A stretch of DNA of 20,964 bases, taken from Polyangiaceae bacterium. Its GTDB lineage: Bacteria; Myxococcota_A; Polyangia; Polyangiales; Polyangiaceae. The translations under genes were made by a program, and so were the position numbers. The DNA lies in the NCBI GenBank assembly GCA_044222475.1, contig JBGANF010000137.1, positions 1-20,964 on the forward strand, given 5' to 3'. Of the stretch, positions 6,970-13,944 are shown in pieces (position 1 is the first letter of the stretch; each line of letters starts with the position of its first letter). The notes under the pieces are model-generated. The model saw only the letters and a list, made by a program, of their open reading frames with translations, searched no databases and was not told the origin of the DNA.

Positions 6970-8658
6970 ATGCGCCGCGCCTCGGGTTGGATCGCGCTCT
7001 TCGTGGTGGCCTGCTCGCAGGCGCCGGATCCAGGCTCGGACGCCGGAGTGGGCCCGGTGGGCCCGCCCACCTGGGTCGGCCTCGCCGGCGATCGCGCGCC
7101 GCCGCTGCCACCGCAGAGCGTCGGTGGGTCGAACCACTTCCTCACCGCCGAGGCGTGCGCGCAGTGCCACTCGGCCGGAACCGGCGTGCTCCGCGACACG
7201 AAGGGCCGCGACGTCGCGCCGCTCAGTCAGTGGCGCGGAACGATGATGGCGCACGCCGCGCGCGATCCGTTCTACCTCGCGACGTTCTCGCAAGAGCTCG
7301 CCCATCGCCCCGGCGCGACGCGCGCGGTCGAGTCGCTGTGCGCGCGCTGCCACGCGCCGGGCGCGGTGTTCGATCTCGAAGCCGACGGCGACCACCTCTC
7401 GTTCGCCACGCTCACCTCCGGGACCGGCAAGGTCCCCGAGCTCGCACGCGACGGCGTGAACTGCTCGCTGTGTCATCAGATCCAACCCGACGGCCTCGGA
7501 TCGTTCGCCTCGTTCGACGGCGCGTTCGTGATCAAGGACGAGCGACGCATCTTCGGTCCTCACGCGAACCCGCAGATCGGCCCGATGCAGACGTTCGTGA
7601 GCTACACCCCGACCGAAGCGCCGCACCCCCTGCAGAGCTCGCTCTGCGCGACGTGCCACACCGTGATCACCAAGGCTCTCGACGCCAATGGCAAGCCCGT
7701 CGGCCCCGACTTCGTGGAGCAGGGCGCGTACCTCGAGTGGCGCGCCTCCGACTTCCGCACCGAGGGCACGCCCGGACCCAAGGCCGCCTCCTGCCAGAGC
7801 TGCCACATCCCGACGTCCGACGAAGACGGCGCGCCGATCTCGAGCGTGCTCGCGCTCTACCCGACGTCGGGCCTCGGGGCGCGAAGCCCGATCGGACGCC
7901 ACGTCTTCGTCGGCGGCAACTCCCAGATGCTCCGGGTCATCGGCGACGAGCGCGATTGGGTCGGCACGATCGCTCCGCAAGCCGCGCTCGACGCGCAGGT
8001 CGCTCGCACGGAGAAGAACCTCCAAGCGGGCGCAGGCGTCACGATCACGAGCGCGGGAAAGACCCAAGCCGTCGTACGCGTCGAGAACCGCACCGGACAC
8101 AAGTTCCCCACCGGCTACCCGTCGCGCCGCGCGTGGCTCCACGTCAAGGTCACGGCCTTTGGTCAGGTGAAATTCGAGTCCGGCCGGTGGGACACCTACG
8201 GGCGCATCGTCGACGCCAACGGTGCACCGATCGACGGACGCGATCAGGTTCGACTCCACCGCGATGTCGTGCGCACGTCGTCGGAGGCGCAGATCTACGA
8301 GCTCGTCCCCGGAGACTCGAAGAACCGACCCGCGCGGTCGCTCCTCGACGCCTCCGTCGTCCTCAAGGACGACCGGCTGTTGCCGCGCGGCTTCTACCCG
8401 CCGGCCGGCGCGCTCGTCGCTCCGGTCGGGACCGCCGACGACGCGAACTTCGGCGCGACGGACGACGTGACCTTCGTCTACGGCGACGGGTCGAGCGGAG
8501 GTCGCGTCGACGTGGAGCTGTGCTTCCAGAGCGTTCGTCCGTCGGAGCTCGAGAACCTCGCCGGCGAGCCGACGCCGATGAGCCGCCGCTTCCTCGACAT
8601 GATCGCGAAGCGCGTCGCACCGGTGGTCATCGCCACCGCCACCGCTCCGATCCCCTGA
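6970..8658 (+). CDS. Multiheme (5 CxxCH) c-type cytochrome lipoprotein
   Basis: CAQCH, CARCH, CSLCH, CATCH and CQSCH motifs. Lipobox VVAC. C-terminal domain with GHKFPTGYPSRRAWLHV. Confidence 0.92.
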   Translation: MRRASGWIALFVVACSQAPDPGSDAGVGPVGPPTWVGLAGDRAPPLPPQSVGGSNHFLTAEACAQCHSAGTGVLRDTKGRDVAPLSQWRGTMMAHAARDPFYLATFSQELAHRPGATRAVESLCARCHAPGAVFDLEADGDHLSFATLTSGTGKVPELARDGVNCSLCHQIQPDGLGSFASFDGAFVIKDERRIFGPHANPQIGPMQTFVSYTPTEAPHPLQSSLCATCHTVITKALDANGKPVGPDFVEQGAYLEWRASDFRTEGTPGPKAASCQSCHIPTSDEDGAPISSVLALYPTSGLGARSPIGRHVFVGGNSQMLRVIGDERDWVGTIAPQAALDAQVARTEKNLQAGAGVTITSAGKTQAVVRVENRTGHKFPTGYPSRRAWLHVKVTAFGQVKFESGRWDTYGRIVDANGAPIDGRDQVRLHRDVVRTSSEAQIYELVPGDSKNRPARSLLDASVVLKDDRLLPRGFYPPAGALVAPVGTADDANFGATDDVTFVYGDGSSGGRVDVELCFQSVRPSELENLAGEPTPMSRRFLDMIAKRVAPVVIATATAPIP

Positions 8659-8678
8659 CGCCGGCGTGACGAACCTCC

Positions 8679-8709
8679 TTGACTCCCGCCCCTTGGTGCG
8701 TAACCAAGG
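8679..8709 (+). promoter_or_regulatory. Putative sigma70 promoter overlapped by a palindrome
   Basis: TTGACT (8679-8684)-N16-TAACCA (8701-8706), 7 nt before GTG 8714. Inverted repeat CCTTGGT-N5-ACCAAGG at 8691-8709. Confidence 0.5.
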
Positions 8710-8713
8710 CCCC

Positions 8714-9763
8714 GTGGACCAGTTGACCGCCACCCTCGACCGGGGATGGGACCTCGCGCAGCGCGGCGACGCGCCCGGCGCCGTCGCGTGCGCCCAGCGC
8801 GCGCTCGAGCTCGACCCGCAGTCGCCCGAGGTCCACAACCTCCTCGGTTTCTCGGCGGCCCTCGCCGGCGACCCCGAGGACGCGCTCTCCCACTACCGGC
8901 AGGCCATCGCCCTCGACGACACGTACCTCGAGGCGATGCTGAACGCGGCCGAGGTGCTGATGCACCCGCTCGGCGAGTGGGACGAAGCGATCGACCTGTG
9001 CGACGACGCCTACGAGATCGCCGAGACCGACGAAGAGATTGCAGACTGCATCCTCTTGAAGGTCGACGCGTTGATGAGCAAGGGGGCACGTGATGATGCG
9101 GAGCGCGCGATGAAGCTCATCCCCAGCGGACCGTTCCAGAACGACAGCTACACGTTCCTGATCGGGCGCGCGTACTACGAGCTCGGAGACATGGAGCGCG
9201 CGGCCCCTCTCATCGAAGAGGCGGCCAAGAAGGACCCGGCTCACGCCGACGCGCAGTACTACCTCGGCCTCGTCCGCGACGAGCGCGGGGACGTGCGCGG
9301 CGCGACCGAGGCGTTCCTCCGCGCGCGCTCGCTCGACGTCGGGCGCGAGGGAGCTCCCTGGGCGCCCACGCCGGAGACGTTCGGGACCATGGTCGAGAAC
9401 GCGCTCCGCCGACTCGACGCGCTGCTCGCGCGCTACGTGCGCGAAGCCGAGGTGTACGTCGTCGACGTGCCCGGCGCCGAGCTCGTCGTCGACGGCGTCG
9501 ATCCCCGCGCGCTCATGATCGTCGACGCGCGCGACGGCGACGCAGGCGAAGAGCCCGATCCCGAGCTCCTCGTCGCCGAAGGTCGCGAGCGCGGCGGCCG
9601 CGGTCGATGCCGGATCTTCGTCTATCAGCGCAACGTGGAGCGCGCGGCGGGCGCGATGGAGCACCTCGAAGAGGAGCTCGGTCGCGCGCTCGAGCGCGAG
9701 ATCACCGCGGTGTTCCTGGAGCCGGACGCCGAGGCGAAGAAAGCCGCGCGCGAGCTCAACTAG
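8714..9763 (+). CDS. TPR-repeat protein with C-terminal zincin-like domain lacking HExxH
   Basis: TPR patterns (AQRALELDPQSPEVHNLLG; AQYYLGLVRDERGD). The C-terminus resembles minimal zincins (FGTMVENALRRL...VVDVP...RIFVYQRNVER...LEEEL) but reads REITA at the metal site. Alternative GTG at 8666. Confidence 0.85.
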   Translation: MDQLTATLDRGWDLAQRGDAPGAVACAQRALELDPQSPEVHNLLGFSAALAGDPEDALSHYRQAIALDDTYLEAMLNAAEVLMHPLGEWDEAIDLCDDAYEIAETDEEIADCILLKVDALMSKGARDDAERAMKLIPSGPFQNDSYTFLIGRAYYELGDMERAAPLIEEAAKKDPAHADAQYYLGLVRDERGDVRGATEAFLRARSLDVGREGAPWAPTPETFGTMVENALRRLDALLARYVREAEVYVVDVPGAELVVDGVDPRALMIVDARDGDAGEEPDPELLVAEGRERGGRGRCRIFVYQRNVERAAGAMEHLEEELGRALEREITAVFLEPDAEAKKAARELN

Positions 9764-9779
9764 CCGTGGCTGGCCGGGC

Positions 9780-11231
9780 TCAGCGCCACACGCCGAGGCC
9801 CACGCCCCAGTTCGAGTAGCGCGGCGCGAGGTCCGCGCCGAAGCTCACCTGCCACGTCGTGCCCCTCGGCAGCAGGCCGAACACGTCCCACGCGAACAGC
9901 TTGAAGTCGGCGCCGAACGTGAAGTGCTGACGCGGGCGACCGTCCTCGAAGAGCGACGGCTCCAGGTAACCACCGAGGCGCGCGCGCACCCAGTCCGGCA
10001 CCGGCTCGCCTTCGAGCCCGTAGTGCGGTGATGCGGTGAACGTGCTCCCGTAGCTCTCGCGCCGCTGCTCGAGGAAGCTGGAGATCGCGACACCGTCGCG
10101 GATCGGCGCGGTGATGACCGCGCTCGCGACGAGGAGCACGTGAGGGCGCGGCCAGTTCTCGTAGCGAGCCTTCCGCTCTTCGACGAGGCGTTCCTTCTCG
10201 GAGTCGATGTACTGGTCCTCGATCTTCGCGATCGCCCGATCCTCGGCGGCGAGTCGCCGGCGCAGCGCTTCGCGCTCGGCCGGGTCGGCGCCTTCGACCT
10301 GACGATCGTGATCGAGCTTTCGCTCCGCGCGATCCTTCTCGATGCGCTCCTTCACCGGCGCCTCTTGGACGTTCGGATCGAGCCACCGCGGGTTGAGCGG
10401 GCGCGGACCGAGCTGGATCGCGACGCCGGCCTCGAGCTGCGCCGGGACGATGAACGACTCGGGGAGGACGTACCCCGCCGCGGTGCGCACGCCGTTGGCG
10501 TCCACCGTTCCGCTGCTCCCTGCCCCGCTGGTCACCGGCCCGCGGATCGTCGCGCCGAAGCGCCAGGGCTGCTCGTCCAGCCGAAGGAGGACACCGGCCG
10601 TCGGCGAGACGCCACTCGCCGGAGCGAGGCTGCGCGAGCCCTCGGTGAGGTACGACGTCACGCCTTGAAGCCCGATGCCGATCGAGAGCTGGTGGTGGAA
10701 GAACCCGTACGCGACCTGGAGGTTCGCGCGGAACGTCTTCAGATCGATCCCCTCACCGGTCGCCCCGCCTGCGGGCCGCACGGTGTAGCTCTGGTAGTCG
10801 AGCGTGAAGGCTCCACCCACCGGACCGATCGCGACCATCGCTCCGACGTTGGCGTAGAAGAAGTTCTCCACGCCCGACGTTCGTTGTGCCGGAACCGCCC
10901 CGCGGTTCTCGAAGTCGGTGCCGGCGAACGCACCCGGGAAGTACACGCTGCCGGTGAGGTCGAACTCGAAGTCGCGAAAGCTGAACGCCTCGCGCACGGC
11001 CGGCGTCGCGACGTTCGCGGCGTTGCCGTCCACGCCTTCGGCGACACCGACGTACGCACCGCCGAGCGAGATGATGCGCGACGGCGCGAGGACCGGCCCG
11101 GTGTAGAGGACGATCGAGTAGTCGTTCTTCGTGAGCGGCGGCGGATCGGCGGCGCGCGCGGTTCGCGCCGAGCCCAGCGAGAGCGCTACGAGGAGCGCCC
11201 CAAGAGAAAGCGCGCGAGCGGCTCCGCGTCG
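9780..11231 (-). CDS. Outer-membrane beta-barrel protein (FadL/PorV-like) with charged helical insertion; start codon unresolved
   Basis: Signal-like RRGAARALSLGALLVALSLGSARTARA-AD, then RIISLGGAYVGVAEG...NVA (FadL/PorV-type N-terminal motif), alternating beta strands and terminal WGVGLGVWR. The 5' coordinate marks the start of the signal-like segment, not a start codon. Confidence 0.75.
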   Translation of the reverse strand, partial: RRGAARALSLGALLVALSLGSARTARAADPPPLTKNDYSIVLYTGPVLAPSRIISLGGAYVGVAEGVDGNAANVATPAVREAFSFRDFEFDLTGSVYFPGAFAGTDFENRGAVPAQRTSGVENFFYANVGAMVAIGPVGGAFTLDYQSYTVRPAGGATGEGIDLKTFRANLQVAYGFFHHQLSIGIGLQGVTSYLTEGSRSLAPASGVSPTAGVLLRLDEQPWRFGATIRGPVTSGAGSSGTVDANGVRTAAGYVLPESFIVPAQLEAGVAIQLGPRPLNPRWLDPNVQEAPVKERIEKDRAERKLDHDRQVEGADPAEREALRRRLAAEDRAIAKIEDQYIDSEKERLVEERKARYENWPRPHVLLVASAVITAPIRDGVAISSFLEQRRESYGSTFTASPHYGLEGEPVPDWVRARLGGYLEPSLFEDGRPRQHFTFGADFKLFAWDVFGLLPRGTTWQVSFGADLAPRYSNWGVGLGVWR

Positions 11232-11761
11232 AGCTTGGCGGTCGAGACCAGCGCCTCGACGAGCTTCTTCCCCAGCTTCGCGAGCTCGAGGAGCGCGGCG
11301 ATGCGCTCGCGCTGGAGCTCGATCCTCGCGAGCGCTTCGGTGCGTGCTTTGCCCGTCTCCTTCGCGGCGGCAACTTTCTTCATCGCCTCGAGGGACGCGA
11401 GCGCTTCCTCGAACGCCTCGATCGCGGCGTTGATTTCGGTCTTTTCGCGCTCGTTGAAGACGCGAGAGATCATCTTCCAAAGGTGCACCTCGGCGGCAAA
11501 GAAATCCTTCCGCTCGCCCTGAACCCAGACCTTGCGCACGACGCCCCAACGACCGAGCTCGGTCAGGGTCATGCTCACGGCGCCGCTCGAGAGCGAGAGG
11601 CGCACGCGGAGCTCGTCGGCGCTCAGCGGATCGGGCGAGAGATACAGGACGGCCCACACCCGCCCCATGTTGCGCTTGAAGCCCCAGAACTCGATGAGAC
11701 GCCCGACCACGTCGCTGACGACGGCCTCATGGGGGAGGAGGGAGCGCTTTTCCTGCGGCAC
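11186..11761 (-). CDS. GbsR-type (MarR superfamily) winged-helix transcriptional regulator
   Basis: GRLIEFWGFKRNMGRVWAVLYLSPDPLSADELRVRLSLSSGAVSMTLTELGRWGVVRKVWVQGERKDFFAAE matches the GbsR pattern (G..R..G.I...L.....P.T..E....L..S...VS...L...G.V......G.R..Y.AE). GTG 11761 preferred over 11803. Confidence 0.88.
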   Translation of the reverse strand: MPQEKRSLLPHEAVVSDVVGRLIEFWGFKRNMGRVWAVLYLSPDPLSADELRVRLSLSSGAVSMTLTELGRWGVVRKVWVQGERKDFFAAEVHLWKMISRVFNEREKTEINAAIEAFEEALASLEAMKKVAAAKETGKARTEALARIELQRERIAALLELAKLGKKLVEALVSTAKLDAEPLARFLLGRSS

Positions 11762-11815
11762 GACGCCGGAACATACCGCGACATCGGTGCCAGGCCCCGG
11801 CAAAAAGACGAATGC

Positions 11816-11848
11816 GGGGGAATGTGGAACGGGAATGGGAATGGGAAT
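11816..11848 (+). repeat. Short GGGAAT tandem repeat in the intergenic region between the polyprenyl synthase and the regulator
   Basis: GGGGGAAT-GTGGAAC-GGGAAT-GGGAAT-GGGAAT, with three perfect hexamers at 11831-11848. Confidence 0.75.
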
Positions 11849-11849
11849 G

Positions 11850-12878
11850 TCAGAGGGACCGCAGCGTCAGATCGCGGGCCACTGCGGCGAGGAGATCGCG
11901 GGCGGGCGAGCGCGGGAGGAGATCGAGGGAGGCGAGCGCCGCTGCGGTTTCGGATCGGGCGGCGCCTCGGGCTTCTTCGACGGCGCGTGAGGCGCGCACT
12001 GCAATGAGGAGCTTCGACGCGGCGGCGGTGTCTCCTTCGCGCGCGTGCGCGAGGAGCGCGGTGAGATCGTCTCGGCCGGCGACCGCTCGGAGGAGCGGCA
12101 GCGTCAGCTTGCCTTCGCGCAGATCGGCGAAGACGTCCTTGCCCGTCCCACCGTCCGCGTAGTCGAGCGCGTCGTCGACGAGCTGGAACGCGACGCCGAG
12201 GTGCGCGCCGAAGTCGCCCAGCGCGTCGATCTCGCGCTCGGAGGCTCGCGCTGCGCGGGCGCCGCTGCGCGCGGCCCAGCGAAAGAGCGACGCGGTCTTG
12301 TCGCGCACGATCGTGAAGTAGGTCTCCTCGGCGAGGTCGAGGCGAGTGCGCCCGCGGAGCTGCACGATCTCGCCGTCGACGAGCGCGCGCAGCGTCTTGA
12401 AGAGCTCGGCCAGCGTCGCGCCGGGCGCGGCCTCGGCGGTGCGCTCGAGCGCGTGCGTCAGGAGCAGATCGCCGGCGAGCACGCTCACCGCGTTGCCCCA
12501 GAGCCGCCGCGCCGTCGGAACTCCGCGGCGCTCGCTCCCGTCGTCGACCACGTCGTCGTGCAGGAGCGTCGCGATGTGCACGAGCTCCGCCGCGACCGCC
12601 AGGCTCCGCGCCTCGTCGGTGAGCTCGCGGAAGCACGCCGCCGAGAGGAGAACGCAGAGCGGTCGCACGCGCTTGCCTCCGGCCGCGTAGAGGTGGCGCG
12701 CCGCCTCGGTCCCGGGCGCGAGCCCGTCGCTGACGGCCCGTCGCAGCTCGCCATCGATCCACGAGAGATCGTCGCCGAACACCGAGACCACGTCTTCCAG
12801 GCGCTGCGCCGCCACGTCCCCGGTTCGCTCCGGGAGGGCGACTTCACGCAGGGCTCGGGCGGCGATGACAGGCTCCAT
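11850..12878 (-). CDS. ispB: Long-chain polyprenyl diphosphate synthase (IspB/HepT-like)
   Basis: GGKRVRP, first Asp-rich motif ELVHIATLLHDDVVD followed by RRG, KTASLF, second Asp-rich motif FQLVDDALD, and DLREGKLTLP. A small Ala five residues before the first DDxxD indicates a long-chain product. ATG 12878 preferred, since TTG 12890 lies inside the palindrome. Confidence 0.92.
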   Translation of the reverse strand: MEPVIAARALREVALPERTGDVAAQRLEDVVSVFGDDLSWIDGELRRAVSDGLAPGTEAARHLYAAGGKRVRPLCVLLSAACFRELTDEARSLAVAAELVHIATLLHDDVVDDGSERRGVPTARRLWGNAVSVLAGDLLLTHALERTAEAAPGATLAELFKTLRALVDGEIVQLRGRTRLDLAEETYFTIVRDKTASLFRWAARSGARAARASEREIDALGDFGAHLGVAFQLVDDALDYADGGTGKDVFADLREGKLTLPLLRAVAGRDDLTALLAHAREGDTAAASKLLIAVRASRAVEEARGAARSETAAALASLDLLPRSPARDLLAAVARDLTLRSL

Positions 12879-12885
12879 CGAAAGT

Positions 12886-12901
12886 TTCAAAACCTTTTGA
12901 A
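12886..12901. promoter_or_regulatory. AT-rich perfect palindrome, candidate repressor operator
   Basis: TTCAAAA-CC-TTTTGAA, between the -10 box and the ATG of the polyprenyl synthase. Strongly AT-rich against the GC-rich background. Confidence 0.75.
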
Positions 12902-12902
12902 G

Positions 12903-12931
12903 ACTATGGAGGCAGCCGGTCGCAGGGTCAA
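12903..12931 (-). promoter_or_regulatory. sigma70-type promoter of the polyprenyl synthase
   Basis: Minus strand TTGACC (12931-12926)-N17-CATAGT (12908-12903). Confidence 0.75.
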
Positions 12932-12947
12932 GAGCCCCGATCCGCGC

Positions 12948-13331
12948 TCACTCCGCCGACAACGAGTCGAGCCAGCGCGTCGCCGTCGGTACGTCGAAGA
13001 TCCCCTCGGTCACCGCGTGAAACGGCACCTTGCGCTCCGCCGCCTCGGCGATCGCCAGTGCGTCGCCGTGGAGCCCGATGACGTGGACCGGGGCGGCGAA
13101 CGCCTCTTCGGCCTTCGTCCACGCCGAGGCGAGCGTCGCCGGATCGGTGATCTCGCCGACGACGTGACGGGCCTTGCCGCCGCCGAAGACGATCTCGCCC
13201 ACGAGCTCGCCGAGCGCGCGCTCCCTCGGGCCGGTGAGCACGACGCGCGCGCCCCGCGACGCGAGGACCAGCGCCACCGGCTGGAGCGCCGGACGCGTCG
13301 CGCCGTGGATGATCACGACGTCACCCCGCAC
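12948..13331 (-). CDS. Truncated, degenerate short-chain dehydrogenase-like Rossmann protein (127 aa)
   Basis: VVIIHGATRPAL..VALVLASRGARVVLTG...L.ELV.EI...GGKA.....EITD parallels the SDR N-terminus, but the TGxxxGxG motif is degenerate and there is no NAG or YxxxK. A TATAGT -10-like box at 13365-13360 favours GTG 13331. Confidence 0.7.
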   Translation of the reverse strand: MRGDVVIIHGATRPALQPVALVLASRGARVVLTGPRERALGELVGEIVFGGGKARHVVGEITDPATLASAWTKAEEAFAAPVHVIGLHGDALAIAEAAERKVPFHAVTEGIFDVPTATRWLDSLSAE

Positions 13332-13407
13332 CGGCGCGCTCGAGAGGCCCACGCGCGGCACTATAACGGAGTTTGGTCCGATGCGGCTCGCCTGCTATTG
13401 CAGGTGC

Positions 13408-13875
13408 GTGGCCAAAGACGAGCCCGTCCCCACCGGCGCCAAGGGCGCCGCCGGCAAGCGCGCGCGCAACGCGGTGATCGTCGCGCTCGTCGTGATCGCG
13501 TCGGCGTTCGTCCTGTCCACGGCGTGGCAGATCATCTCGACCGTGTTCGATCTCCACCCGGTGGCCCTGCCCTCCACCGTGGCCGAGGACGACTGCGCCC
13601 ACCGGGTGCGCGCCCTCGAGGCCGCGCTCGACCGTGCATCGGCGGCGGCGACCCGGGCCCGCGACGAGGCATCGGCGAACAAGACGTTCGAGGCAGAGCT
13701 GCTCCCGGAGTGGTCGCTCGCGGGGGACGCTCGGACGGTCTGCGAGCGCGAGCCGAACGGAACGGCGGCGTACGCCGCGCTGCTGCAGCTCCGCAAGGGA
13801 CTCGAAGGCCGGGCGCGGCACGACGTCGCCGAGACCGGCGCTCTCCGGCAGGCCCTCCACGAACGTCTGCCCTGA
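13408..13875 (+). CDS. Hypothetical single-pass membrane protein with helical, two-Cys domain
   Basis: GTG 13408, basic N-terminus, TM AVIVALVVIASAFVLSTAW, then a helical region with DDC...TVC. Host-like codons. Confidence 0.75.
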   Translation: MAKDEPVPTGAKGAAGKRARNAVIVALVVIASAFVLSTAWQIISTVFDLHPVALPSTVAEDDCAHRVRALEAALDRASAAATRARDEASANKTFEAELLPEWSLAGDARTVCEREPNGTAAYAALLQLRKGLEGRARHDVAETGALRQALHERLP

Positions 13876-13944
13876 CGGACCAATCTCCGCAGCGCCCCCA
13901 AAAACGCGCCCCTAGACGCGCTCAAAGGCGCTATGAGAGGCGCC

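Noticed and set aside
5620..8838. 1072-aa minus-strand ORF and other long overlapping ORFs (e.g. 6192-8669, 12045-14078, 13912-15231, 18859-20457)
   Set aside because: These are shadow frames of well-supported genes caused by high GC3 and scarce stop codons. They are Arg/Ala/Gly-rich with no recognisable motifs.
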